IMG/VR virus record: IMGVR_UViG_3300020416_000001
Span: 64,001 to 128,000 of that record
Reading direction: 5' to 3' (one strand)
DNA length: 64,000 nucleotides
Source of the DNA: a virus
Shown here piece by piece: positions 12,101 to 20,988 of this stretch. Every line of letters begins with the position of its first letter. Position 1 is the first letter of the stretch. The position numbers were made by a program, and so were the translations under genes. The notes below the pieces were generated by a model. That model had not been told where the DNA came from. It ran no database searches and saw only the letters and a list, made by a program, of their open reading frames with translations.

Positions 12101-13384
12101 GAAGTAACAGTGCATCACGCAAACCACTGTATGCACGATGCTGCTAACAACGTTAATATTACAGGCGTTATCTCAGAAGTTGCTCCTACAATTATTGACT
12201 CTGCATACCATACAAACGGTATCACTGCATCTGATGGTGTCTCAGGTACATTCCAGTTACACGTACAAGATGCATCTGCATTCCACTCTCTAGTGAATGG
12301 TACTCAAGTATCTACTAGTAACCCTGGATATATTATTCTTCGTGACCCTGACATCGGTCAGAAACACTTTGAGATTATTCAATATAATAACATCTCTGAT
12401 GATGGTAAGATCTTAACACTTCCTTCAGGTTCTCGTGGTCAGGCAGGAACTGGTGCTCTGGTTCACAACGCCAACACTATTGTTGAATGTTACAACCTAG
12501 ATGGTATTCCTCTAGTTGAGATCAACAAACTTCATACACAAATCGGTTCACCTACACTTGATACTTACAAGATTGCAGTCACATCAGTTTCTAGCAATGG
12601 TATTAGAAACGGTGGATCAAGAGTTACATCAACGCAGAACATCCAGTTTGAGCAGTTCTATCCTCAGATTCAGATGACTGTATATCCTGAAACTGATGTT
12701 GATCCTAGAATCAACGTTGTATCTGCTACTTCTCTAAGAGATGGTGCTAATACAGATGAAGCATCATTCATTAATGACGGTGTATTCATCGATTGTATCG
12801 CTAACGAAGACAACTACCTTGGATTCCCCAAGATGGTTTGCTCACAAGTTAACGAAGATGCAAAACTATCTGGTTCTAAATCACTGAACTTCCAGTTATT
12901 GATGAGCACAAACAACAAGAACTTGTCACCAATCGTTGACCGTGATCGTTGTTCAATCATCACAACTTCAAATAGAATCAATGAAATCCCTGCTGCTAAC
13001 TCTAATGCAGAAGATAGAACAGGTGATCTCAATAGTGCAGTCTACATCACCAAAGTGATCAACTTGCTTCAACCTGCTAACTCCTTGAGAGTTGCATTCG
13101 AAGCGTGGCGACACCCTGACACCGAAATCCACGTAATGTATCGTACGATGCCAGTGGGTACCTCATTAACCTTTGATGAGATCGGTTATACATATTTCAA
13201 CGGTAACGGAAAGGAAGACAAAACTGTGCCTAAGACAGAAGGGATTCTGTACCGAGACCTTGAATATACCAATGAGGGAACAGAGTTTAGTTCTGCACAG
13301 ATCAAAATTATTATGGTCTCCAAGAATCAAGCGTACGTTCCTGAAATCAAGAACCTCCGTGTAATGGCATTAAGTGACCTCTAA
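6173..13384 (+). CDS. large VrlC-like (DUF4815-type) virion/baseplate protein
   Basis: MPQNTNLNIAPYFDDFD...RVLFRPG..QARELT, LARRTFDESGDY, RFTMRDIG..EKR...LEYYTSL, DPLAQSF motifs; 2403 aa. Confidence 0.85.
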   Translation: MPQNTNLNIAPYFDDFDKANNFYRVLFRPGYPIQARELTTLQSLMQNQVESFGTHMFKDGSMVIPGQIGYDLDAKAVILQGSFLGADVEQYRDQITGTIVEGLTTGIKAKVLFSISSTESERGYITLYVKYLTSGGEDSDTRQFVNNEQLICASEITFGSSLIEIGTPFAQLLPTNSTAVGSTAAIAQGVYFIRGHFVDVNAQTIILDQYTNNPSYRIGLEIFESIVTPEDDPSLNDNATGTSNYSAPGAHRFRIRTSLVKKVIDDDTDKNFIELLRINKSQVESFVERTAYNELEKELARRTFDESGDYTVRDYDVRVREHLNDGSNGGVYLPGENSPAGLGASSAHYAVEIGPGKAYVRGFESETLVPTFIDLAKPRDTLALQNSIIPFELGQYMLMSNVKGSPIINGNNITANYQVIEFRDQFQNGNLSSQGQIVALGRIAAYEYHSGTTVNSTNTVFKAYIFDLQPLTIFKTDAAVTLTQGHVIRGRTSKAKAFVEGDVSGGQIFNVYQVYGTFRNGEILERDGIEIGTLNDHFSFEVTDARSMIGRDPDTNNIRFAGDLLTDAQVVIVGTNFNLSSGGATGTLTGTQSNFTLDIRPNDIFTQNGTNSLLIDRISTISGNIDNKITTATTASYSGNNIAAGDYGFLVRLRPQIYDRETADLMIEMPKESINQISDESCIVARSFDDITVTGANDFTISLPADEQFLAYDKDHYQLVSLAPTPGTLIDIESSLAFNSTGTPRTSLTVSGLTGVTSCRLIASISKNQAEKKLKNATQMEVMKVERTSNSSDSVKYGLAYGSLYGTRIEDEEISLGSTDVYNIHAIYESVDNNPAVIPNLQMQDATIFKEGTVIEGQTSKAKARVVNFNAVSYICHFVYENDQFFQLGETVRGFDANDEVITGLINDAEGSINNGSRNITSDYFLDPNQKGHFYDISKLIRYASSTKPLRKLMIVFDRFTHEATGDYFAAQSYVGIDYGRIPSFTENGITKELRDVLDFRPAVTPVLSGSGTVGSPYYVNCASLDFKDRGFSSGGVANNATVIDIPKPESDFRCDYDYYLGRVDKLFLTNQQEFKIAKGISGENQELPADMDNAMLLATFFHKPYGYSPDDVRISRENNRRFTMRDIGRIEKRVDNLEYYTSLNLLEMETASFSVKDADGFDKFKNGFLVDNFTSFDSAQTVHEDFACALDFREGILRAAHYTTNVSLEYNDTASTDMTNHSVGTLTLPYNEIQFIVQPYASRVENVNPFNVFAYIGRLDLFPSSDDWVAEEREPDRVVNIEGDFTARVQALGGDSNTGFVPTQWNSWRTNWSSSSTSSSSQFMRRGHWPFIRRINTNTTTTVSSQSRTGIRTNVVPRIDRQSLGDRVIERTVIPFIRSRNIAFKIQRLKPNTRFYAFIDNVNINFYTTPRLLEVIKNPIDDTRTNNTPFVVGETVVGQTSDCHLKLMDPNVGFDDDINPFDSSELPSSYASTTPLLNIDTKIMSETVAGQYYGNPLEGEILVGQTSGARAVVKTKRLVANTNGDLEGIIWIPNPGVDTNPRFATGTRVVRLTTSATDSRVPGQVDSAASANYVASGVIETKQTTILAVRNADIVRDTVTQGRTVNSSSTSTRDTGWYDPLAQSFLVESKGGAFLTGAELYFNTKDERIPVSVQVREMANGYPTTKVLAFSDVTLLPSQINLSENGTVSTKFTFPSPVYVTENREYCLVVLSDSNEYKLWISRMGEDDITNDRTISEQPYAGVLFKSQNASTWTADQYEDLKFILHKAEFTMNKVGTAVFNNSELALGNGGISRLRHNPIETLKPQLKIILSDHIANFTIGAEITQTDTNPVPSAIVREVVQGISGSSNAYIIVDDVQGEFREGVASGANYIYRLVSSRSIANLTLTGVTGTFQVDETITNGSGASGMVTAFNAGTGVLTVKSVTGTFNAADPITQTVGGSTVGSGTVASGGVALSGDDINDYPAAPISYFNRATEVTVHHANHCMHDAANNVNITGVISEVAPTIIDSAYHTNGITASDGVSGTFQLHVQDASAFHSLVNGTQVSTSNPGYIILRDPDIGQKHFEIIQYNNISDDGKILTLPSGSRGQAGTGALVHNANTIVECYNLDGIPLVEINKLHTQIGSPTLDTYKIAVTSVSSNGIRNGGSRVTSTQNIQFEQFYPQIQMTVYPETDVDPRINVVSATSLRDGANTDEASFINDGVFIDCIANEDNYLGFPKMVCSQVNEDAKLSGSKSLNFQLLMSTNNKNLSPIVDRDRCSIITTSNRINEIPAANSNAEDRTGDLNSAVYITKVINLLQPANSLRVAFEAWRHPDTEIHVMYRTMPVGTSLTFDEIGYTYFNGNGKEDKTVPKTEGILYRDLEYTNEGTEFSSAQIKIIMVSKNQAYVPEIKNLRVMALSDL

Positions 13385-13598
13385 AGAATTCATTCCCGTG
13401 AAAGGACATCCCGATTTAGTTCGGGATTCCGAATCGAAAGCGGTACTAAATACAAAACCGACTCCCCCTGGAAACGCTGCTAAGAAGCGTAAACAAAGGG
13501 ATGATACTATCGATAACTTGAAATCTGACGTAGATGTGCTAAAATCAGATATGTCGGAAATCAAATCCTTACTGAAAACATTATTGGAGCAACGCTAA
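13374..13598 (+). CDS. small conserved hypothetical protein with coiled-coil C-terminus
   Basis: VKGHPDLVRD motif; coupled to the VrlC-like gene. Confidence 0.7.
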   Translation: MTSKEFIPVKGHPDLVRDSESKAVLNTKPTPPGNAAKKRKQRDDTIDNLKSDVDVLKSDMSEIKSLLKTLLEQR

Positions 13599-13828
13599 TG
13601 CCCGCTGATCAAACTGAAACAGTTGACCAAGAGAAACTTCTTGGAGATTTCAAAGACCGCTACAAGCGTCTTATTGAAGATAATCAAAGAATGGCAAAGA
13701 TCATTCGTAATAATGAACAACAAGCACTTAAACTACAAGGTGCTATTGAAACTCTCGAATATTGCCTCGGAAATGGGGAAGAAGAAGCAGAAGCACCACC
13801 CGAAGTGGACAACGTGGACGCTGCATAA
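13598..13828 (+). CDS. hypothetical coiled-coil protein
   Basis: TAATG overlap with the previous gene; LKLQGAIETLE motif. Confidence 0.7.
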   Translation: MPADQTETVDQEKLLGDFKDRYKRLIEDNQRMAKIIRNNEQQALKLQGAIETLEYCLGNGEEEAEAPPEVDNVDAA

Positions 13829-13833
13829 TCCCT

Positions 13834-13858
13834 GGACCCGAAAGGGTCCTCTTTTTTT
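13834..13858 (+). terminator. Rho-independent terminator
   Basis: GGACCC-GAAA-GGGTCC followed by TCTTTTTTT. Confidence 0.9.
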
Positions 13859-13861
13859 GCG

Positions 13862-13869
13862 TATAAATA
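13862..13869 (+). promoter_or_regulatory. late promoter
   Basis: Exact TATAAATA. Confidence 0.85.
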
Positions 13870-13920
13870 TTCCGAGAGGCATTTTCTGTCCGTTATCGGA
13901 TACCCCACGTGTGTTAAACA

Positions 13921-16900
13921 ATGGCAAATAGAATCCAATTAAGACGTGATGGTGCTCAGCAGTGGGCAAACATCAATCCAATCCTTGCACAAGGTGAACT
14001 AGGAATCGAAATCGATACTTCACGTATCAAAATCGGTGACGGTGTTACCCCTTGGAACTCATTGAAATATGAGCGACCATTGGAGACGGAATCAAACGCT
14101 GCAAATACGCTTGTCAAGAGAGACGCTGACGGTAACTTCCAAGCAGGTGCTGTCACGGCGACGCTAATCGGTAATGCCTCAACTGCCACTAGACTCTCTA
14201 ACGCACGTCAAATACAATTAGCAGGACAGATTACTGGATCAGGTTCTTTTGATGGATCTTCTAACCTGACACTTAATACTGATCTGTCTCTGATCACAAC
14301 TCTGCCTCACTACGATCCCGCTAACCCTAGTGCTGAATCAACTTATACTAGAGTTAGGGTTAACTCACAAGGTCGTGTGGTGGGTGCTGAACTTGCTTCT
14401 ACATTAGCAGACTATGGTATCACTGATGCTCAGGCATTGGATGATGACCTTACATCACTTGCACAACTTACGAACGTTGGTATTCTTGTTCGTGCATCGC
14501 AAGGAAATATTATAACCAGACAGTTAACTGGTGGTGGAGGAAGAATTATATTTACAGTTCCTGACGGAACATCACAGAACCCATTCATCGATCTTGCTGA
14601 TACTGCTGTCGTTGTTGGATCATACAATACTGAATCCCTGACATCTGTCACTGGTAATGCTTCTAGCGAGACTGTAAACGCAACTAAATTTACAGTTGAC
14701 AGATATGGTCGTTTGACTGCTGCGTTGACTGTGCCTATTGCCACAGCAACAGAAGGATCTAAGTATGCAGTTTACGATGCAGGTACACCATATAATAGAT
14801 ACGATATTATTGAGAATGCAAGCAACGTTTATCAAGCGATTGCTGATATTGCAGCAGCACAAGGTGCTCCTACACATTCTACTGAGACTATAACTTATGC
14901 TGTTACTGTAAATGCAGAACCAGATGGAAATAAGTATTACTTAGATGGATCAATCTATCCTAATCTAACATTCAAGAGAGGAAGTACATATATCTTCAAT
15001 CAGGATGATGCTTCTAACGTTCTTCATCCGTTGCACTTTAGTGAAACATCTAATGGCACACACGGCGGTGGATCCGTCTATAATGTAGGAGTTACCTATA
15101 AACTTGATGGTGTAGTAGTATCATACTCTGATTACTACGATACTACCAACTTTACCAACGCAACAACACGTCAGGTAGAGATTGTAGTACCAAGAAATGC
15201 ACCTAAGTTGCTACATTACTATTGCTACTACCATTCTGGTATGGCAAACAATGCGTACATTGATGTTGTACATAGCGACTCTGGAAACTGGAGATGGTTG
15301 AACCCTGTTGCTGTTGAGCAAAAAGGACTAGCATCTTTTGCACAAGAAGACTTTGACGTCGATGGTAATGGACACGTTGTTATCGCTGCTAGTTCAGTGG
15401 ACAACACACAACTGCAGAATAATGTAGTTGGATTCGCAGATGGTAACACGGTCGAAACTTTTGAACTTGATAACGAACTCACTCCCACATCGGGATACAG
15501 AGGATTTAACTACTTAAACTATGTCAAAATTAACGATACTTCAGGGAATCTGTTATTCTCTGCTAATAATACTGGCGACTCTGGTAGTGGAGAGATTGAT
15601 ATTAATGTAAGGTCATATTATAGTGACCCTGACATTACACTGGATGGTACCGTAAATCAAACACTTGACAAAACAGGTGACGGTAACTTAACATTCCAAA
15701 CTACACAAGACAGTACATCTGATAGAGATCTTAATATTCTTGCTACTAACGCAGGATCTGGATCCTCTAACATTAAGATTACTGCCGAAGATACTGTACA
15801 GATCAATGCATCTGCAGGATCAGGTAAAATTTGGATCGAAGATGCCAGACTTCAAGACAACTACATTGCTACGACTAATTCAACTCTTAACCTTGACCCA
15901 GGTGATGACAGAGCAAACACTGGTACAGTCCGAGTTTGGGGTGACCTACAAGTCGATGGAACAACAACGACTGTTAACAGTACGACTGTTACTATTGATG
16001 ACCCTATCTTTACCCTTGGTGGAGACACTACACCTGTATCCGATGATGGATTAGATCGTGGTATTGAGTTCAAATACTATGACACTCAAGCAAGAATCGG
16101 TTTCTTTGGATGGGACGAAGATCTAACACGTCTTGATTCTGGAACTGGTGGTTATGCATTCCTTTATAATGCAACAAATAGTAGTGAGACATTTACTGGA
16201 ACTGACGCTTACATCAAGGCAGGTGCTCTTTCCTTAACCACAAACACTGGATCTACATCAACTACTACAGGTACACTTGTAGTTACTGGTGGTGTTGGCA
16301 TCTCAGAGAATGTTCACGTTGGTGGAGAGGTTACAGTTGCAGGTCAGACAGAAATTAATGACACCGTTCTTATCAAGTCTGATAACGAAGACTTTAAGAT
16401 TCAGACTGGAGCAGGTGTAGATAAGTTTACAGTTGATACTGACACAGGTAACACAGTTATCGAAGGTACTCTTGATGTACAACTCGAAACTACAGTTACT
16501 GACAACCTAATCGTTCAAGCAGATAACAAGAAGTTTGAAGTTAAGTCTGCTAACGGTACATCCAAGTTTGATATTGATACAGATAATGGTAACACCCACA
16601 CAGATGGTACGCTTGATGTTGATGGAGGAGTAACATTCAACAGCACTCTCGATGTTGATAACAATACAACATTGAATGCTGAGTTGGATGTTGATGGTAA
16701 TTCAACCTTCCACAATAATATTCTTCTCGATACAACTGGCAAGACGCTGACCATTACAAATGGTTCTACTAATAAGTTCCAAGTTACTAGCACAAATGGT
16801 AACACTGATATTGAAGGAACTCTAAACGTTGCTCAGTTTGTATATCTTGAGGATAACGATGTACCTACAATCTCTACTGACGGTAGCAATAACTTTGTTA

Positions 16901-19900
16901 TCAGTGGTGGTGATTACGGTGCATTTAGATTTGATGGTGGTGGTTACGTTGAAGGAGACACTCTATTCAATAGTGACATCTACATCAACGGTGCTATCAA
17001 TCAGAAAGACCAAGGTACTCAGACTGAGACATTCAGTACACAGAACTACCTAAGAGTAAGATATAAGTTCAGAGCAGGTACAACTGCTGCACTCACACCT
17101 AGTTTTGCAACCGATAATGGTTCTAACTTGAGAGTATTTGGTGGTGCAGGTATTGCTACCGACCTTCACATCGGTGACGATCTATTCATCGGTAAACTAA
17201 ACAGTGGTGATACCGTTGAGTTTAGTGTACTTGGTGAGTCTGGTAATACTGAGATTGGTAGAACTGGACAAGGTTCGAACTCTGCAGGTACTCTAACTGT
17301 TCACGGTGACGGTACATTTAACCGAAACGTCGCAATCAATGGCAATACAACCATTGGTAATCAGAACTCTGACACTCTTACAGTCAATGCTGTCACACAG
17401 TTCACTGATAATGCAACTGTTGACGGAGACTTGACAGTCAATCAGAACGCATTGATCGAGGGTAACCTCACTGTTAATGGAGTTACAACAACTGTCAACT
17501 CAACCACAACACAACTTGATGATCCTGTTATCACACTTGGTGGAGATACCGCTCCTCAGTCATCAGATGCCAAGGATCGTGGTGTTGAGTTTAGATATTT
17601 TGATGGAACTGCCAAGATAGGATTCTTTGGTTGGGACAATTCTGCTTCAAGATTTGCTCTCTTCCACGCTGCAACCAATTCAAGCGAAGCATTTACAGGT
17701 ACAAGATCAGGAATCGATGCAGGATCTATCAAGTTATTCGATACCACTTCTGCAACTAACTCTAGTTCTGGTGCTCTTATCGTTGGTGGCGGTGCAGGTA
17801 TCGGTGAGGATCTATTTATTGGTGATGATCTTTCGGTTGGCGATGACGCTTCTATCGGAGGAAACCTCGCAGTAACAGGAACATTTGATGTTACTAACGA
17901 TCTCGCAGTTAATAATAATAAGTTTACTGTAAACTCAGCAACTGGCGATACACAGGTAGCAGGAACCTTTGGATCCACTGGTGCTGCCACACTGTCCTCT
18001 ACACTGGCGGTAACTAGCAATACCACTATCGGTGGTACTTTAGGCGTTACGAACGCTACAACGCTTTCTAGCACCCTCTCAGTAACCTCTAACACAGACA
18101 TTGGCGGAACTCTAGATGTTGACGGAGCAACCAATGTTACCAATACCCTTGGTGTTACTGGAGTTACCTCTCTCACTAACAACGCTTCAGCAACTACCAC
18201 AGGTAGTTACACTGGCGATGGTGCACTGAGAGTCACAGGTGGTGCTTCTATCGGAAACAATCTGGTAGTTGCAGGCGACGTCAGATTCTATGGCAACTCT
18301 GTAATTGATGGAACTGTTTCATACGCATCCATCCAAACTTACGCAGAGAAAGTTAGATTCAATAATAATGCTGATGCTGTTACTGCATCTAGCAATGTTG
18401 CCTCAGTATTCACACAAGGTGGATTGGCAGTATCTAAGAAAGCATTCATTGGTAATGACCTAGATGTTGGTGGTGGTAACTTCACCGTTGACGGTCCTAC
18501 AGGTAATACTAATGTTAGCGGTAACTTTGGTGTTATCGGTTCATCCACAGTTTCAACTATCACCGCTTCTGGTGTTGCCGATCTACAGTCTACTGTAACT
18601 ATCGGTGGTAACCTTGCAGTTGGTAATAACAAGTTCAACGTTAACTCTTCTAACGGTAACACTGACATCGATGGTTCACTTGATGTTCTTGGTCAAACCG
18701 TTATTGATGACACACTGAATGTAACTCAGGCAGTTGACTTTGACAGCACACTGAATGTTGATGGTGGAACTACACTGAATGCTGCTCTTGTAAACAACAG
18801 CACTTCATTACTGAAAGATAACGTCATCCTTCGTGGTGCATCTAAGTCACTCAAACTACAGAACGGTAACAGTCAAGACAAGATTACTCTTGAGTCCACA
18901 ACTGGACACGTTACTATGGCAGGTAACTTGGTTACTTCTGGAACTGGTGCATTCACTGATGCCGTCACAATGGGCAACACCTTGAATGTAACTGGTCAGA
19001 TCACAGGTAACTTGACTGGTGATGTTACTGGTACATCAACGAACGCAGATAATATTGACGTCAACAATACAAACAATAATACAATCTTCTATCCAATGTT
19101 TGCAGCAGCGAACACTGGACATACTGGTGCGTTTGTTGACTCCGCTAACCTTACATACAACCCATTCTCTAACACTCTAACAGTTAACAACTTCACATCT
19201 ACCACGAACTTTGAAGTTCAAGGTAATATGAACGTTACTGGAACGATTACCTTCGGTCAGTCACAGGTTGGTTCTATCGCTAACCACAATACTGACGCTC
19301 TTACTGAGGGTACAAGCAATCTATACTTCACTAACGAAAGAGTTGATGATAGAGTTAACGCTCTAATCACTGGTGGTACAGGTATTACTGCAACTTATGA
19401 TGACGCAGGAAATATCCTAACCTTGAGTGCAACTCAGTCAGACATCAATACAGACAACGTAACCGAAGGATCGACCAACCTGTTCACCACTGCTGCTCGA
19501 TCAAGGACGCACTTTACCTACGGAACGGGTATTGAGTTGTCTGGTAGTGGTGAACTCTCTGTTACTCAAGGAGATATTAACACTGATAATATCACCGAGG
19601 GTTCAACAAATATCTTCTATACCAATGCTAGGTTTGATACCCAGTTAGCAACTAAGGATACAGGAGATCTTACTGAAGGATCTAACCTTTATTACACAGA
19701 CGCTCGTGCTGATGCAAGAATTGCTGCAGCAACTACAAGTGATCTGACTGAAGGATCTAATCTATACTTTACTGATGCTAGAGCGGACGCGAGAATCGCT
19801 GCTGCATCTACCAGTGACCTTTCCGAAGGAACAAATCTTTATCATACAACTGCTAGGGCACGTGCTTCTATCAGTGCAGGTGGAGATCTCTCATACAACG

Positions 19901-20187
19901 CCTCTACTGGTGTAATGAGTGTTACTCTTCCGACTGTATTCTCTGGTAACTACAACGATCTATCTAACCTACCTTCGCTCTTCTCTGGAGCATACAATGA
20001 TCTGACTGGTAAACCAACCCTCGGAACCGCTGCTGCTACAGCGTCTACAGATTATGCTACTGCTGCACAAGGTGCTAAAGCAGATTCTGCATTGCAGGCA
20101 GAAACAATTACATTAGCACAACTTAAAACTGCTGCTGCGAACTCCGCTACTTATGCTGCGTTCCAAGCTGCAATCGCTGCTCTCTAA
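13921..20187 (+). CDS. tail fibre / receptor-binding protein (2088 aa)
   Basis: MANRIQLRRD...NPILAQGELGIEIDT fibre N-terminus; many G-x-L-x-V-x-G beta repeats; TEGSNLY repeats. Confidence 0.85.
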   Translation: MANRIQLRRDGAQQWANINPILAQGELGIEIDTSRIKIGDGVTPWNSLKYERPLETESNAANTLVKRDADGNFQAGAVTATLIGNASTATRLSNARQIQLAGQITGSGSFDGSSNLTLNTDLSLITTLPHYDPANPSAESTYTRVRVNSQGRVVGAELASTLADYGITDAQALDDDLTSLAQLTNVGILVRASQGNIITRQLTGGGGRIIFTVPDGTSQNPFIDLADTAVVVGSYNTESLTSVTGNASSETVNATKFTVDRYGRLTAALTVPIATATEGSKYAVYDAGTPYNRYDIIENASNVYQAIADIAAAQGAPTHSTETITYAVTVNAEPDGNKYYLDGSIYPNLTFKRGSTYIFNQDDASNVLHPLHFSETSNGTHGGGSVYNVGVTYKLDGVVVSYSDYYDTTNFTNATTRQVEIVVPRNAPKLLHYYCYYHSGMANNAYIDVVHSDSGNWRWLNPVAVEQKGLASFAQEDFDVDGNGHVVIAASSVDNTQLQNNVVGFADGNTVETFELDNELTPTSGYRGFNYLNYVKINDTSGNLLFSANNTGDSGSGEIDINVRSYYSDPDITLDGTVNQTLDKTGDGNLTFQTTQDSTSDRDLNILATNAGSGSSNIKITAEDTVQINASAGSGKIWIEDARLQDNYIATTNSTLNLDPGDDRANTGTVRVWGDLQVDGTTTTVNSTTVTIDDPIFTLGGDTTPVSDDGLDRGIEFKYYDTQARIGFFGWDEDLTRLDSGTGGYAFLYNATNSSETFTGTDAYIKAGALSLTTNTGSTSTTTGTLVVTGGVGISENVHVGGEVTVAGQTEINDTVLIKSDNEDFKIQTGAGVDKFTVDTDTGNTVIEGTLDVQLETTVTDNLIVQADNKKFEVKSANGTSKFDIDTDNGNTHTDGTLDVDGGVTFNSTLDVDNNTTLNAELDVDGNSTFHNNILLDTTGKTLTITNGSTNKFQVTSTNGNTDIEGTLNVAQFVYLEDNDVPTISTDGSNNFVISGGDYGAFRFDGGGYVEGDTLFNSDIYINGAINQKDQGTQTETFSTQNYLRVRYKFRAGTTAALTPSFATDNGSNLRVFGGAGIATDLHIGDDLFIGKLNSGDTVEFSVLGESGNTEIGRTGQGSNSAGTLTVHGDGTFNRNVAINGNTTIGNQNSDTLTVNAVTQFTDNATVDGDLTVNQNALIEGNLTVNGVTTTVNSTTTQLDDPVITLGGDTAPQSSDAKDRGVEFRYFDGTAKIGFFGWDNSASRFALFHAATNSSEAFTGTRSGIDAGSIKLFDTTSATNSSSGALIVGGGAGIGEDLFIGDDLSVGDDASIGGNLAVTGTFDVTNDLAVNNNKFTVNSATGDTQVAGTFGSTGAATLSSTLAVTSNTTIGGTLGVTNATTLSSTLSVTSNTDIGGTLDVDGATNVTNTLGVTGVTSLTNNASATTTGSYTGDGALRVTGGASIGNNLVVAGDVRFYGNSVIDGTVSYASIQTYAEKVRFNNNADAVTASSNVASVFTQGGLAVSKKAFIGNDLDVGGGNFTVDGPTGNTNVSGNFGVIGSSTVSTITASGVADLQSTVTIGGNLAVGNNKFNVNSSNGNTDIDGSLDVLGQTVIDDTLNVTQAVDFDSTLNVDGGTTLNAALVNNSTSLLKDNVILRGASKSLKLQNGNSQDKITLESTTGHVTMAGNLVTSGTGAFTDAVTMGNTLNVTGQITGNLTGDVTGTSTNADNIDVNNTNNNTIFYPMFAAANTGHTGAFVDSANLTYNPFSNTLTVNNFTSTTNFEVQGNMNVTGTITFGQSQVGSIANHNTDALTEGTSNLYFTNERVDDRVNALITGGTGITATYDDAGNILTLSATQSDINTDNVTEGSTNLFTTAARSRTHFTYGTGIELSGSGELSVTQGDINTDNITEGSTNIFYTNARFDTQLATKDTGDLTEGSNLYYTDARADARIAAATTSDLTEGSNLYFTDARADARIAAASTSDLSEGTNLYHTTARARASISAGGDLSYNASTGVMSVTLPTVFSGNYNDLSNLPSLFSGAYNDLTGKPTLGTAAATASTDYATAAQGAKADSALQAETITLAQLKTAAANSATYAAFQAAIAAL
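19291..19870 (+). repeat. six T-D-x-L-x-EG-x-NL-Y repeats; the last three have a 72-nt period
   Basis: TDALTEGTSNLYF, TDNVTEGSTNLFT, TDNITEGSTNIFY, TGDLTEGSNLYY, TSDLTEGSNLYF, TSDLSEGTNLYH. Confidence 0.9.
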
Positions 20188-20193
20188 TAACAA

Positions 20194-20988
20194 ATGGCAA
20201 ATCCTACCTCTAAAGCAGAACTCAAAGAGTATGCACTCCGTAGACTGGGCAAACCAGTCTTGGAAGTTAACGTATCAGACGATCAGATTGATGATGCTAT
20301 CGATTATACTATCGAGAAGTTTCAGGTCTATCATTATGGTGGATCAGAAAAAGTATTTCTAAAGCATCAGTTTACTGCTGCTGAGATTACTGCATTTCAA
20401 TCAGACACTACTGAGACGGTAGGTAGTACAGAGTTCAAGACTCAGAATAACTATCTGGATCTGCCACCACATATCTCATCAGTGAACGGTATCTTTACCT
20501 TTACTGATAAGGGTACTCGTAATATGTTTGACATTCGTTATCAGATGAGATTGAATGATCTGTTTGATTTTACATCAACACAGTTCTATCATTATTATAT
20601 GATTCAGACACACCTTGAAACAATCAACTTCTTGTTGGAAGGTATGAAACCAACTAGATTTAATGCTACACAAGGTCGTCTTTATATTGACTTCGATGCT
20701 AAGACTGATGTAGTCGATGGTGGGTTTGTGATTATCGATTGCGTTCGTGCTCTTGATCCTGCAAACTGGAGCAAGATATATGGAACAATTTGGGTGAAAG
20801 ATTATGCAACTGCAATGATCAAAAAGTATTGGGGACAAAACCTAACGAAGTTCCAAAACGTGCAACTTCCTGGTGGTGTCACCTTGAACGGAGAAAAGAT
20901 TTACAGTGATGCGATTACTGAACTAGAAAACCTAGATGAAACTCTCCGTACCACATACGAAATGCCACCTCTAGATATGATAGGGTAA
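20194..20988 (+). CDS. gp13: neck protein gp13
   Basis: LKEYALRRLGKPVLEVNV, WGQNLTKF..VQLPGGVTLNG. Confidence 0.95.
   Translation: MANPTSKAELKEYALRRLGKPVLEVNVSDDQIDDAIDYTIEKFQVYHYGGSEKVFLKHQFTAAEITAFQSDTTETVGSTEFKTQNNYLDLPPHISSVNGIFTFTDKGTRNMFDIRYQMRLNDLFDFTSTQFYHYYMIQTHLETINFLLEGMKPTRFNATQGRLYIDFDAKTDVVDGGFVIIDCVRALDPANWSKIYGTIWVKDYATAMIKKYWGQNLTKFQNVQLPGGVTLNGEKIYSDAITELENLDETLRTTYEMPPLDMIG

Noticed and set aside
14881-15276. Inserted module read as an intein
   Set aside because: No terminal His-Asn and no intein blocks; the motifs match copper ligands instead
1298-18668. Many long minus-strand ORFs over the structural genes
   Set aside because: They are antisense shadows of codon-biased plus-strand genes, with no RBS, promoter or protein motif
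19655-19870. 72-nt periodic repeats read as a CRISPR array
   Set aside because: They are in-frame coding repeats with synonymous variation and no unique spacers
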